Below the pieces are notes generated by a model. That model was not told the DNA's origin and searched no databases. It was given only the letters and a program-made list of their open reading frames with translations. From IMG/VR virus record IMGVR_UViG_3300017963_000025, positions 21,382 to 85,381 of that record: a stretch of DNA of 64,000 nucleotides. The stretch is one strand, 5' to 3'. This document shows, one piece after another, positions 47,073-57,691 of this stretch (positions within the stretch are counted from its first letter, which is position 1; every line of letters starts with the position of its first letter). Source of the DNA: a virus. A program made the translations under genes and the position numbers.

Positions 47073-50000
47073 ATGGCGGGTCCGCTCGAAAAAATTGTTC
47101 GGATTGTCGTTCAGGCGGTCAACGAGTCAAAAAAGGCATTGACGCAGACCAGTGCCGATCTGAAAAAGGTGCAATCCGCATCTGATACGACGGGCAAATC
47201 CTTTGATCAATTGGGCAAGAAAGAACAAAAACTTGCCCAACAATCCAAAGGACTGGCGGACAATTTCGGCCAATTAATGTCTGAGATGTCCTCGCTTGCC
47301 ATGACCGTGGCCGCAGTGGCCTTTCCGGTGACCGAGGCGGCCAAATTCGAGCGGGCCATGTCAGAGGTGGCCGCAATTTCCGGGGCCACCGGTAAAGACC
47401 TTGAAGGACTGACCAACGTTGCCCGTGAGATGGGGCGCACCACCGAGTACTCGGCCACCGAAGCGGCCAGCGGCTTAAAATATCTTGCCATGGCGGGGCT
47501 GGATGCCACGCAATCCATGACCGCCTTGCCTAGTGTGTTGCAACTGGCCCAGGCCGGAGCACTGGACCTCGGACAGGCGGCAGATATCGCAACCAATATC
47601 ATGACCGGTTTCCGCATGAACGCGGAAGACCTGGCCGAAGTCAACGACAAATTGGTGGCCACCTTCACCACGACCAACTCCACCCTCGGTGAGATTGGTT
47701 ATGGCATGTCCTATGTCGCGCCTATCGCATCCGGTCTGGGGGCCAATTTCGATGACCTGACATCCTCCATGGGATTGCTGCATAATGCCGGCATCAAGGC
47801 AAGTATGGCCGGTACATCCCTCCGGGGTGCGTTGGATGCGCTGTTCAATCCCACCGCGAACGAAGCGGAAATGATGGATGTGTTGGCGAAGCGGATTGGA
47901 AAAACCAGTCTGGAAACCCGCGATGCGGAAGGAAATTTCATCGGGTTCCTGGGTATTGTCGAACAGTTGGAAGACGCCAACCTGACCGCTGCGGAGGCCA
48001 TGCGCCTGTTCGGTCAGAGAGCGGGACCGGCAATGGCGGCACTCCTCGGACAGGGATCCGCCGCATTAAAAGATCAGATTGAATACCTGGAACAGTCCGA
48101 AGGGATCAGCGAACAGATTGCCAAAACCATGACGGACAATACCATTGGTGCGTTCAAAGAACTGCAATCGGCGGTATCCGGATTGGCTATTGAGATCGGG
48201 AACAAGCTACTCCCGATTATCACCAAGGTTATTGACGAGATGACCAAGATGGTGGGGGCGGCCACCTCCCTTGCCCAGGAATTCCCAAATATCGCAAAGT
48301 ATGTTACGCTTGCCGCCACCGCGTTGGTGGGTTATGTTGCCGCCACCAAAGCGGCAAATATCGCCACGATGGCATTCGGGGCCACTGCCACCAAAGTGTT
48401 CGGCGCGGTGGCCGCGTTACTGGCCGGATGGCAAATGGGCCGGTTTATTGGGGAATGGCGCGGATTCGGAATCACCATTGACGAAATCGTTCAGCAAATG
48501 TACGGGAGACTATTCCAAGCACTGAATGAAATCGGGGGGTGGTTCCAAAAGGCGACTAACACGGCGAAAGCGGCGTGGGCATCCATGGTGTCCGGGGTGT
48601 TGCAAGGTATTCTCGCGCTGATGGACATGGTGGACCGGGTGCCGGGAATCGGGGATATTCTCGGCATTGACCGGGAAGGGGATGCACGGCAATACATCCA
48701 AAATCTGGTTACTTCGTACAATCAGATGGGCGCGGAAGCGGCGGCGGCCAATGCCAAAATCGAGGAGAGCGTCAAACGAAAAAATCAGGCCCATCAAGAT
48801 ACGATTGATATGATTGATCGTGAGGGCAGACTTGCGGTATTGGCCGAACAGAAACAGAACTTGGAGCGCGAAAAGGCAATTACCCTCCAGGAGGAAAAGA
48901 AAAAAGCCACCGCCGAGGTCACCAAGGAAATCCAGAACGCCCAAAAAGCCGTGGATCAAATGGGCAAGCGCCTTGGCGCGGAGGCAGACAAATTCAATCT
49001 GCTACGTACCAATGCTCAAACGGCGTTGGACGACATCGGCACCCTGATTGAGGAAAACATTGAATCGGCTTGGGAAGGCGCTGACACCGTGGACGCGGTG
49101 GGCCGTGCGCTGGATACCCAACTATCGCTTATCGAGGACCACGAAGAAAAGAAAAAAGATCTAATCGAAGCGGGGGCCGAGGCATTTGTCACATCCGCCG
49201 AAGCACGGAGAGACGTTGAACGAAAGACACAGGAAGAAATCCGCAAACTTGAATTTGAAACCCTGCAAAAGAAGCGGGATGCTTATGAGAGGGCGGCGGA
49301 AGCACTACAGGACCAGCTTGACGAGGGGTTGGAACAAGAAAAAGAGATTGCGGATGAAATTGTTGCCATTCAGGACAAGGTGAGAAAAGCCCGAATGACG
49401 GGTGCGGAACGACTGGCCGAACTGCGACAAAAACAAATGTCCGAGGAGGAGGTGTACCAAGCCAATCTTGCCAGTGTGCAAGCCAAATATGCGGAAGCAA
49501 ATCGGATCATGGCCACGGATACCGAGCGGGCCATTGAGTTGATCAATGATGCCATGCAAGAGGCCGCAAAACTGGACGATGAGGTCAAAGAAGGCACAGA
49601 AGTATTGGTAACGGCGGACGAGGCATCTCAGGCGGCAATCAAAAATGTTGAGCAGGGAATGGCGCTTCTGTCCAAGGCCGAACAAACCCGCGTATCCGCG
49701 TTGAAATCCACACTGACCAGTACTGAACAACACAACAAAGCGGTGGCGGATGAGCTTAAAAATGTCAATAAGCGATTGGATGACACCTCCGCAAAAGTGG
49801 CCGAGGGATTTCAGGTCGAGGTCAATATTGACTTGGGCGATTTCGCCCAACAAATCGCGGAGATTACCAAGCAGCGTGAGGTGATTGTCGCGGCATCCAC
49901 GGATTTCAATCAGGCCAACCAGAATTTGGGCGCACTCCTCACCAAAAAAACGGAGATTGAAAAAGGAGTTACAATTCAGGTGGAAGCGGATTATGCCCGT

Positions 50001-52625
50001 GCCATGAAAACAATCGAATACACCGAACAGCAATTAAAGGGTATCGAAGGGGCGAAAATCCGGGTGGATGCGGATACCGAGGGGGCCAATCAGAACATTA
50101 CGCGACTGAAAGAACATATCAGTACCGTGGAGGATGTGCAAACCACTATTGCCGTGGATTCAAGCGGGGCCACCGCCACGATTGGTGATTTGCAATCCAG
50201 GGTATCAGACTTGCGCGACCAAGTATCCGAACGGTTGCAAACCAATATTGACACCTCCCAGGGTGCGGCGGAAATGGTCGCACTACAACTACAGGCGGAT
50301 GATTTGCAATCCGGCATATCCAATCTGCAAATGCAGGTTGACGTTGAAAATGCAAAGCGGGATGTGGAAGCCACCCAACAAGTGGTAAATACGCTGACCG
50401 GTATCGTGGATCAGGGGGCCACCTATACGGTAAATACCGGGGAAGCCGTGGCAAGCATTGAATCCGTGCAATCCGACATAATGAATTTGTCTGCCATGCT
50501 GGACCGGGAAACCATGACGGTTGACATTCAAACAGTGAAATCCCGCGAAGCGATGCAAGCACTGGCCCAGGAACTGGTTCGTATTGAAGAACAAACCGGC
50601 GAACCCTATCATATCCGGGCGGACGTGGACGACACAAATGTAGAAGAATTTTCACTCCGTATCCGTGATCTGAACGAGGAAGTACGGCGAATCAAAGAGG
50701 AAAAGGTCACGGTGCAAGTGGACGCCGATCTGTCCGGCGCACAGCAAGAGGTGGACAACCTGGCCTACGGAATCGAATCCTTGGACGATGAGGCGGAAAA
50801 CGTGGAAATCCTGCCCGTGGCCGCCGATGTCAAAGGCGGGGAGGAAATCGGCCAATTAAATCAGGATTTGGAATCAATCCCTCCGGAAACCGAAACCACG
50901 GCAACGTTTGACGCGGGCAAAGCATTGGCGGGTATCAACCAAGTAAAACAGGCTATTGAATCTATCCCGAAAAATGTTACTACAAAACACAAGGTCGAAT
51001 TTACCGGGAAGGCATCCCCCGAAGGCCCGCTGATGTCCACGATTGACACCGTGACCACCGGGCTGAAAAATATGCAAGGGGTGGCCAGTCGGGGGGCATC
51101 TTTCAATGTGGACTTTGATACCGGCAATGAGATCAAAAATATCGCGGATGGTATCAAAGGCGTTCGGTTACTCTCCGCGACACCCATCCAAGTAAAATTG
51201 GATATTGATCCAGCAAGAAAGGCAGCGGACGCACTACGGGACAAATACCAAAAAATTATTCAGGAATCAAGAGAAATGCAATTGAAACTGGAAGCGGATC
51301 GGCAAGAGCAAATGTTTGCGGGGCCGTCTTCCAGTCTGTGGAAGGCTTTTTACGATCAATCAATCAGAATAATTGACAAATATCAAGGTCGAATTGATAC
51401 AATTGATCATAAATTTCCGCCATTGGAGGTTGACGCATCCCAGATCGAAGCGGCGGAAACGGCCATACAAAATTTTTCCGACCGTGCGGAGGGGTTGCAA
51501 TCCGCCTATGCGGGAGTATTGGAAGAGCTTGAAAACCGCCTGACAACACTTCGAGATGAAATTGATTCTATTAACGCGGATATTGCCGGGGAAACCGCCA
51601 CCACGGACCAACTACTCGAACAGTTGCATCAGGGTACGCTAACAGACGAGGAAAAATGGTATCGCCAACGCGAACTTTATGAGAAGCAATATCAGGATGC
51701 GGTGGAACAGATGCAAGCCGGGCAGTTTGAGGCGGCGGCAGAAGGATTCAAAGCGGCGCGGGATTTGGCTGCAAACTTGGCCACCGAGGTAAAAGACAGC
51801 AATGGCGAAGTGGTCATGAGTTTGGAAGAGACTACCCAACTTGCCCGTGATTTGGTAATCAAGTCCGGGGAACAAGTGACCGAGGCACTGACAAAACAAC
51901 GGGAAGAAATGGTATTGCAACAACAGCAAGTCAAAAAATCCATGGAGGAAACCAAATCCGTGGTTGCGGAACTTTCCGGAACAGTGGCCGGTATGGGGGA
52001 TTTGCTCGGACAGGAGTATACCGTGCAAATTGATACCTCCGAAGCGGAAAAAAATCTGGACGCTTTGGAGGAACGATTGCGTAATCTTAGCGCCGAATCC
52101 GGTAATGGCGGAAATAGGGGTGCGCCGGGTGGCGAGCCTATGGCATCCGGGGGGAAGGTGAAAAAATCTTTGATTCGTACCTCTCCGGGAGAGTGGTACT
52201 TTGGAAAAGATATTGTCAGTCGGATTGGCGTGGCCACCATGGACGCAATCAACCGGGGGTCTGCGGCTATCAAGGGGTTCGCATCAGGCGGACGGATACG
52301 GGGATCGTCGGCGGGAGACAGTGTGCTGATGGCGGCGGAACAAGGGGGGTATGTAATTCGAAAGGCCGTGGCCCAGGGAAATCGAAATCTGATGAATTCG
52401 ATTCTGAACTATCCGGAGCGAGTGGCCGGGATGATGGCGGGGGCCATGCAATCCGATATTCCAAAATATGCAACCGGAGGCATGATTCCGGAACAAAATC
52501 AGAACAACTTGGGAAAACTGGAACTCACGCTCGGTGAAACCCGGTTGCCACTGCGCGGAGAATCGGATCAGATTGGCGCGTTTATGGACAAGGCACGACG
52601 TGATAAACTGAGACGGAGGCAATAA
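47073..52625 (+). CDS. tail tape measure protein (TP901 family)
   Basis: FERAMSEVAAISGATG, T.YSATEAA.G..YLA.AG, GIKASMAGTSLR; C-terminal ASGG/ATGG repeats. Confidence 0.95.
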   Translation: MAGPLEKIVRIVVQAVNESKKALTQTSADLKKVQSASDTTGKSFDQLGKKEQKLAQQSKGLADNFGQLMSEMSSLAMTVAAVAFPVTEAAKFERAMSEVAAISGATGKDLEGLTNVAREMGRTTEYSATEAASGLKYLAMAGLDATQSMTALPSVLQLAQAGALDLGQAADIATNIMTGFRMNAEDLAEVNDKLVATFTTTNSTLGEIGYGMSYVAPIASGLGANFDDLTSSMGLLHNAGIKASMAGTSLRGALDALFNPTANEAEMMDVLAKRIGKTSLETRDAEGNFIGFLGIVEQLEDANLTAAEAMRLFGQRAGPAMAALLGQGSAALKDQIEYLEQSEGISEQIAKTMTDNTIGAFKELQSAVSGLAIEIGNKLLPIITKVIDEMTKMVGAATSLAQEFPNIAKYVTLAATALVGYVAATKAANIATMAFGATATKVFGAVAALLAGWQMGRFIGEWRGFGITIDEIVQQMYGRLFQALNEIGGWFQKATNTAKAAWASMVSGVLQGILALMDMVDRVPGIGDILGIDREGDARQYIQNLVTSYNQMGAEAAAANAKIEESVKRKNQAHQDTIDMIDREGRLAVLAEQKQNLEREKAITLQEEKKKATAEVTKEIQNAQKAVDQMGKRLGAEADKFNLLRTNAQTALDDIGTLIEENIESAWEGADTVDAVGRALDTQLSLIEDHEEKKKDLIEAGAEAFVTSAEARRDVERKTQEEIRKLEFETLQKKRDAYERAAEALQDQLDEGLEQEKEIADEIVAIQDKVRKARMTGAERLAELRQKQMSEEEVYQANLASVQAKYAEANRIMATDTERAIELINDAMQEAAKLDDEVKEGTEVLVTADEASQAAIKNVEQGMALLSKAEQTRVSALKSTLTSTEQHNKAVADELKNVNKRLDDTSAKVAEGFQVEVNIDLGDFAQQIAEITKQREVIVAASTDFNQANQNLGALLTKKTEIEKGVTIQVEADYARAMKTIEYTEQQLKGIEGAKIRVDADTEGANQNITRLKEHISTVEDVQTTIAVDSSGATATIGDLQSRVSDLRDQVSERLQTNIDTSQGAAEMVALQLQADDLQSGISNLQMQVDVENAKRDVEATQQVVNTLTGIVDQGATYTVNTGEAVASIESVQSDIMNLSAMLDRETMTVDIQTVKSREAMQALAQELVRIEEQTGEPYHIRADVDDTNVEEFSLRIRDLNEEVRRIKEEKVTVQVDADLSGAQQEVDNLAYGIESLDDEAENVEILPVAADVKGGEEIGQLNQDLESIPPETETTATFDAGKALAGINQVKQAIESIPKNVTTKHKVEFTGKASPEGPLMSTIDTVTTGLKNMQGVASRGASFNVDFDTGNEIKNIADGIKGVRLLSATPIQVKLDIDPARKAADALRDKYQKIIQESREMQLKLEADRQEQMFAGPSSSLWKAFYDQSIRIIDKYQGRIDTIDHKFPPLEVDASQIEAAETAIQNFSDRAEGLQSAYAGVLEELENRLTTLRDEIDSINADIAGETATTDQLLEQLHQGTLTDEEKWYRQRELYEKQYQDAVEQMQAGQFEAAAEGFKAARDLAANLATEVKDSNGEVVMSLEETTQLARDLVIKSGEQVTEALTKQREEMVLQQQQVKKSMEETKSVVAELSGTVAGMGDLLGQEYTVQIDTSEAEKNLDALEERLRNLSAESGNGGNRGAPGGEPMASGGKVKKSLIRTSPGEWYFGKDIVSRIGVATMDAINRGSAAIKGFASGGRIRGSSAGDSVLMAAEQGGYVIRKAVAQGNRNLMNSILNYPERVAGMMAGAMQSDIPKYATGGMIPEQNQNNLGKLELTLGETRLPLRGESDQIGAFMDKARRDKLRRRQ

Positions 52626-52628
52626 ATA

Positions 52629-53021
52629 ATGGCAATCACACTCGGGGGTATCAGTCTGCCGGATGATTTGATTATTCCGTCGATTCACCAGTATTCCGGG
52701 ATTCGTGCCGTAAAAATGCTGAGTCTGACCGGAGTTCCATACCGATGGGAGGGGAGACGCTACGACCGTAATCTGTGGCTTATCGGAACCCAGGACAGCG
52801 GATGGATTGACCTGGATACCTTGGTGGCGTTGCAAAATTTGTCAACCACGCTGAACGGGGTTCACACCTTGGTGTATGAAACGATCCTTACCACAAAGGT
52901 CCGGTTTCAACATGAGGAGGACCAAGTGATTGAGTGTGAACCTCTGATTCGCAAACCGAACGAACTTACCGGGGACTGGTTTCATTCTCTGGTAATCAAA
53001 ATAGAACAGTATAAGACCTAA
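52629..53021 (+). CDS. distal tail-like protein
   Basis: ITLGGISLPDDL.., synteny after TMP. Confidence 0.55.
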   Translation: MAITLGGISLPDDLIIPSIHQYSGIRAVKMLSLTGVPYRWEGRRYDRNLWLIGTQDSGWIDLDTLVALQNLSTTLNGVHTLVYETILTTKVRFQHEEDQVIECEPLIRKPNELTGDWFHSLVIKIEQYKT

Positions 53022-53039
53022 TCCGCAAACGTTTGCGGA
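53022..53039. repeat. 18-bp palindrome copy 15
   Basis: Exact; abuts stop of 52629-53021. Confidence 0.95.
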
Positions 53040-53054
53040 CGGAAGGAAATAAAT

Positions 53055-54503
53055 ATGCAATCTTCCGATATTGTGTTACGAAAATCCGAAACGGTGACCG
53101 ACACAGGTACTAACGGGGGAATTATTGGGTATCAGGTGGTCAATAGTGGAAACAAACACGCGCTGTTTCCCATGATATCCCCGTCTGACCGGGATGTGTC
53201 CGGTGGGATGGACCGACTACGCAAATGCGGTTTGTGTAATATCAACTCGGACGACGAAACCGCGTATGACATGCGGGTGTTTTTTTCCTGTCCGACCAAC
53301 GGGCAGGATACCATTGTGCTGCACCTTGGCACCCAGAGCAATATCCAGAGCGAACTTACCGGATATGAACAGCGATACGGATGCGGAACACTGAACACCG
53401 CGCTGTCCGGGGGAGAAACATCCGTCGAACTGGTCATGGAAACACAGGATGTGGGATTCGCACCCGGGGGCTACCTGTTCCTGCATGACCATCTGATGAC
53501 GGGCCAAACCGTGGACGACGGAAGTGTGGCCGGCTTACCCAAAGTCCGTGCCGGGGATTCGTGTGAGGACGTGGCGGGGGAATGGCGACGCAAAGCGTTT
53601 ACCACGAATGTGACTTATCCCTATGGGAGATATTTGGGTGACGGGGTGGTGTATACTGTTCATACTGGAAGTCACCAACAACTAATCAAACTCAAAGAAT
53701 ATAAAACTGAGGATGAGGTGATTGCAGCGGTCCCGACAGACAACACGGCAACCCAAATTACACTGACCGCGCTGACCCCCGGAAACGGAATCGAGGGCAA
53801 CGATGAGTATCAGGTAGTAGTGACCGCCACCTGTGACAGCGTAACACGAACCGTAACGGTAAACGGAGACGGCAGTTGTTCGGGGTACTGTGCGTCGGGT
53901 GAGCTTGTACTTGATACCGGTATCTGGACGACATCTATCGACTGGCTAACCGCGCCGGACGGGGATACCAATATCACTGCCACGTACTATACAAAGAATT
54001 ACACAAAAGTTACAAACACCTATACGGTGGAGCTGGACGAACAGGTAAACTATGCCTTTGCGGTTGGAGACACATACGGAGCTGGGGTGTTGGCCCAAAG
54101 TGAAATAAAGACAAGTTTTGACAACGTGAATGTGAATTCCACGAGTGGAACATTCGACTCCGTTACTTATCCAATTACACTGTTTAATATTGGTACAACT
54201 GAGGATGCGATATCACTGATTTTCTCCTCAGCGACGGCCTACAGTTGCACCTCGGTAAATTACGGCAGTTTGGGGAGTGGAAGTATCACAGCAGATTTCA
54301 CCCCGCTGAATTCGGACACCGGCACGTCCATGTTTACCATACCAAGTGATGCATTCGGTGGTACATACGCACCGGGGGACACCGTGACGTTTTCCACCCA
54401 TCCGTCAATCCTGCCTGTTTGGATGGTGCAGAATATCCCGGAAGGAATGGCCGTGGTGGAAGAGGATGACAACTGGATACTGAGTATGATGTTTTTGGGG
54501 TAG
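53055..54503 (+). CDS. virion structural tail protein
   Basis: Thr/Gly-rich beta composition, NGG....V..G.K..LFP N-terminus. Confidence 0.65.
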   Translation: MQSSDIVLRKSETVTDTGTNGGIIGYQVVNSGNKHALFPMISPSDRDVSGGMDRLRKCGLCNINSDDETAYDMRVFFSCPTNGQDTIVLHLGTQSNIQSELTGYEQRYGCGTLNTALSGGETSVELVMETQDVGFAPGGYLFLHDHLMTGQTVDDGSVAGLPKVRAGDSCEDVAGEWRRKAFTTNVTYPYGRYLGDGVVYTVHTGSHQQLIKLKEYKTEDEVIAAVPTDNTATQITLTALTPGNGIEGNDEYQVVVTATCDSVTRTVTVNGDGSCSGYCASGELVLDTGIWTTSIDWLTAPDGDTNITATYYTKNYTKVTNTYTVELDEQVNYAFAVGDTYGAGVLAQSEIKTSFDNVNVNSTSGTFDSVTYPITLFNIGTTEDAISLIFSSATAYSCTSVNYGSLGSGSITADFTPLNSDTGTSMFTIPSDAFGGTYAPGDTVTFSTHPSILPVWMVQNIPEGMAVVEEDDNWILSMMFLG

Positions 54504-54528
54504 GTAGCAGGAGAGGAGAAATCAAGCC

Positions 54529-54831
54529 ATGCCATATCCGAGTGAACACGCCTGCCGGTTAAACAATCCCGGCAAATATGTGCGCATACGGCGACGAAAT
54601 AACTACGCACAGGTGGACGGAAAACAGGTGGACTATATTTTCGGGATACGCAGGGACGGGAAAACAGAAACACAGGCCATGCGGTTCCCGGTGTCCGCTT
54701 GGACCGCATCCGCCGCACGACGTTATTGACGAGAAAAGGGGGGCCAGTTTGAGGCCGCCATGCCAAAAAAATACTATGTAGTTCGGTATTGCAAACCGAA
54801 ATACAGAAGACTGATTAGGATAATTCGATAA
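54529..54831 (+). CDS. small protein with in-frame UGA (54727-54729): candidate selenoprotein or pseudogene
   Basis: Strong RBS; MPYPSEHACRL..WTASAARRY-UGA-REKGGQFEAA; readthrough ends at TAA abutting next ATG; SECIS-like hairpin 54739-54759. Confidence 0.55.
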
Positions 54832-56652
54832 ATGCCGGTTGTACTATTCGGAAAAGCACAGGATCCGTATGTTTATACACACTACGGGTTTGTGGTGGAA
54901 ACACCCTATGAGACTGGATTTGCGTTGATTACGGATGTGCCGTATTCCATGACAAATGCCATACGGGTGATTACCACGTCCGAATTTGACAATCAATGGG
55001 TAATCAGGATGACCACACCGGAACCGCTCAACGTGTCCATTGCTATTATATGTGAAGTTCCGACGACCTTGGTTATCGAGAAAATGATCAGTATCATTGT
55101 TGCCGCACCGGAAAGCACGGTGCCGGATACGCCGGATGTTCAAATTCCGCCACCGACCCAATCCGTTGGAGGGACAACGGAGCGCCCGATTGTTCTGGAC
55201 CACCCGGAGGGAACATTTGAGTATTGTGACTACGCTGTATATTTTAACAACACATTGATTACCCACGACGTGTTGGACGGGCTGACTATTAACCGCAACT
55301 TGGACACGGTGTTTGACGAGATAACGTTGCGCACCCATTCAACCGTAGTGACGGAAGCATTGGCGAACTATGACGACAATGCGTTGTTCGCAGAAAACAG
55401 TATCATTGTGGTGATCGGAACGGACATATACTCATTCATTGTGGAAGACCGACAAAAAGCGCAATATGGCATCATGGAGGTATGGGGGCGCTCATCCGCA
55501 GCACTCTATGATAAGCCGTACCATAAGGAATTGACCATTGTCGCGGAAGAGCAAACAAGCACCGGGAGTATTATTGTCGCCACTGGTGCCGGAAAAGTGG
55601 TATCGTGGGAAGTCCATTCATGGACAATTCCAAAAAACGCGTCATTTTACGGAACACCGATTGACATTCTGATGAGGCTAGCGGAAACCGTCGGTGCGGT
55701 GGTACGCAATACGGCGGACGGCGGACTGGTGGTAAAATATCCGTTTGTCAGTCCGGGAAAAATGGATTCATATACGCCGTTTGCCGATTTTTCCGGGGAC
55801 AATCTGTTTCGAATCGGGGAGAGCGCTGAAAAAGGCAACGGATACAACCGGGTTGAAGTTATTGGGCATCAGGACCAGGATATCACGCCGATTATTAAGC
55901 GCAGCATCATTCAAGAGGGCCGACAAATAATTACGGACGATGCGGAAAACCCGATGATCGGGGATACCGTGGATATCGTTGTTTTTCTTCCCTATTATGA
56001 CCCGGAAGCCAGTACCGGATATGATCTGAATGTTACCGGTGGTCCGAATCGGGTGATGCCGTGGAGTGTACAATATATCGAAGTTCAAGAGGTGGTCGGC
56101 GTGGACAACGGTGTCGGTAGCACATCGGTTCCTGTCCGTCACATTATGGGTTTTCAATCGTTTGGCGGCAATCCGGGTTCCGCCATTATGATCGCGCCAA
56201 ATGCCACCGAATTCAGAACATCCAATCAATCTTTTACCGGTTCAGGGTTGCTGCGATATATGGCATACGGAATCGGCTACCGAGTGATAGGTATGCCGGA
56301 CGTGGACGAAACCGGTATTGCCGCCGAATACCGTCCGAGTCCCCAGGTGGATGTATTTATCACCCGTTCCGCCGATACAAGATCAGATGCGCCACCGATT
56401 GTTGATGACCTGATTACGGATGAGAAAGTGGCCAAGATGCGCGGGCTTCGATTTTTTATAGACGAGGGGTATAATACCTATTCGGTTCCGGTCCAATTTC
56501 CGTATACACAGGGACTAGGGGACGGCGATCTGGTATCCGTAAATGAGGCGGATATCGGAGTTCGGGGAAATTATATAGTTAAAGACCTCGTGATCTCATT
56601 AAACGGACCTCAGTATATTATGGAAGGCACACTTGTGCGGTGGAGCGGATAA
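54832..56652 (+). CDS. tail hub/baseplate-like protein
   Basis: EVWGRS..A, GTPIDILMRLA..VGA.V, YNRVEV, IVDDLIT.E.VA..RG. Confidence 0.6.
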   Translation: MPVVLFGKAQDPYVYTHYGFVVETPYETGFALITDVPYSMTNAIRVITTSEFDNQWVIRMTTPEPLNVSIAIICEVPTTLVIEKMISIIVAAPESTVPDTPDVQIPPPTQSVGGTTERPIVLDHPEGTFEYCDYAVYFNNTLITHDVLDGLTINRNLDTVFDEITLRTHSTVVTEALANYDDNALFAENSIIVVIGTDIYSFIVEDRQKAQYGIMEVWGRSSAALYDKPYHKELTIVAEEQTSTGSIIVATGAGKVVSWEVHSWTIPKNASFYGTPIDILMRLAETVGAVVRNTADGGLVVKYPFVSPGKMDSYTPFADFSGDNLFRIGESAEKGNGYNRVEVIGHQDQDITPIIKRSIIQEGRQIITDDAENPMIGDTVDIVVFLPYYDPEASTGYDLNVTGGPNRVMPWSVQYIEVQEVVGVDNGVGSTSVPVRHIMGFQSFGGNPGSAIMIAPNATEFRTSNQSFTGSGLLRYMAYGIGYRVIGMPDVDETGIAAEYRPSPQVDVFITRSADTRSDAPPIVDDLITDEKVAKMRGLRFFIDEGYNTYSVPVQFPYTQGLGDGDLVSVNEADIGVRGNYIVKDLVISLNGPQYIMEGTLVRWSG

Positions 56653-56654
56653 AC

Positions 56655-56858
56655 ATGCAGGGACGTATCACTGAAAAATTGGGGCGGGACTACTATGTGC
56701 TGGATACCGGGTATGGGTCAATTCGATTCTATTCCCCCACACCGTTGGATGTCGGATACATAGTTACGGTTACGGACACGGGGGGCGGCATATTGGCATT
56801 TACACATAAAAAGGTTCAGTATGCCCCGGAAAACATTCCAACGATAAAGGTGGGCTGA
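56655..56858 (+). CDS. small tail protein
   Basis: MQGRITEKLG..; synteny. Confidence 0.5.
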   Translation: MQGRITEKLGRDYYVLDTGYGSIRFYSPTPLDVGYIVTVTDTGGGILAFTHKKVQYAPENIPTIKVG

Positions 56859-57691
56859 TGGGCAGAGCGACCTATAAAATCAGTTACCAGGAACCTGTGG
56901 CTGATACGTCTGTCTCAATCACATGGGATACCGCGTCAAACGGTGACCGTAGTTCGCCGTTTGAGTTGGGTGGCGACCCTGTGTACTTCAAAGTTCAAAG
57001 CAGCGGTGATTACCAATTATGGGTAACTGCCGGACGTGCGCGTCGGGTGAGTACGGGAACATCGGAAAGTCGCGGAGAGGAAATCGTATTTGCCCACGAG
57101 GATGAAAAACAACTTGGTGCGACTCCGGAAGACACGCCCACCTTGTCATGGGTACGAAACGCGGTTGAAAGAGCCGCCATAGAAAGCGTGGAGGACGGCA
57201 TCTTGAAAATGACCGGATACGCAACCGGCTTGGCCAACATATCTTACGGAACCGGTGGCGGGGACCGATGGGAACTGACCTTGCCCCAAGAAGGAACGGG
57301 AACAGAAAAAGTTGCAATCATCGCACGGTCTTATGAAGGCACCGGAGCGGATCGTGTATGGGGCGGGTCGGCATCATTGGTGTTTGAGGTGCGGGAGCCG
57401 ATTGAAGTGGAACCGGCGTTTGACAACATCGCCATTTTATGCCGGGATACGGCACTGGCTCCCTTGTCCGGTACGACGGTAATCATAACGCTGTCGGGCG
57501 GAGGCATAATGACCGCACAATCCAACGCGGACGGATGGGCATTTTTTGATCAGGTGCCATACGGCACACATGACATAAAATTTACACACCCTCGAGTCAC
57601 GGACAGCGATCAGGATGATTTGGCAAATGACACGATTACCGTGGGTCCGACCGCACCCACCGCACCGGAGTTTGAGGGGGATGGTGAGTAG
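56858..57691 (+). CDS. tail structural protein with C-terminal beta-sandwich
   Basis: PLSGTTV...SNADGWAFFDQVPYGTHDI. Confidence 0.55.
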   Translation: MGRATYKISYQEPVADTSVSITWDTASNGDRSSPFELGGDPVYFKVQSSGDYQLWVTAGRARRVSTGTSESRGEEIVFAHEDEKQLGATPEDTPTLSWVRNAVERAAIESVEDGILKMTGYATGLANISYGTGGGDRWELTLPQEGTGTEKVAIIARSYEGTGADRVWGGSASLVFEVREPIEVEPAFDNIAILCRDTALAPLSGTTVIITLSGGGIMTAQSNADGWAFFDQVPYGTHDIKFTHPRVTDSDQDDLANDTITVGPTAPTAPEFEGDGE

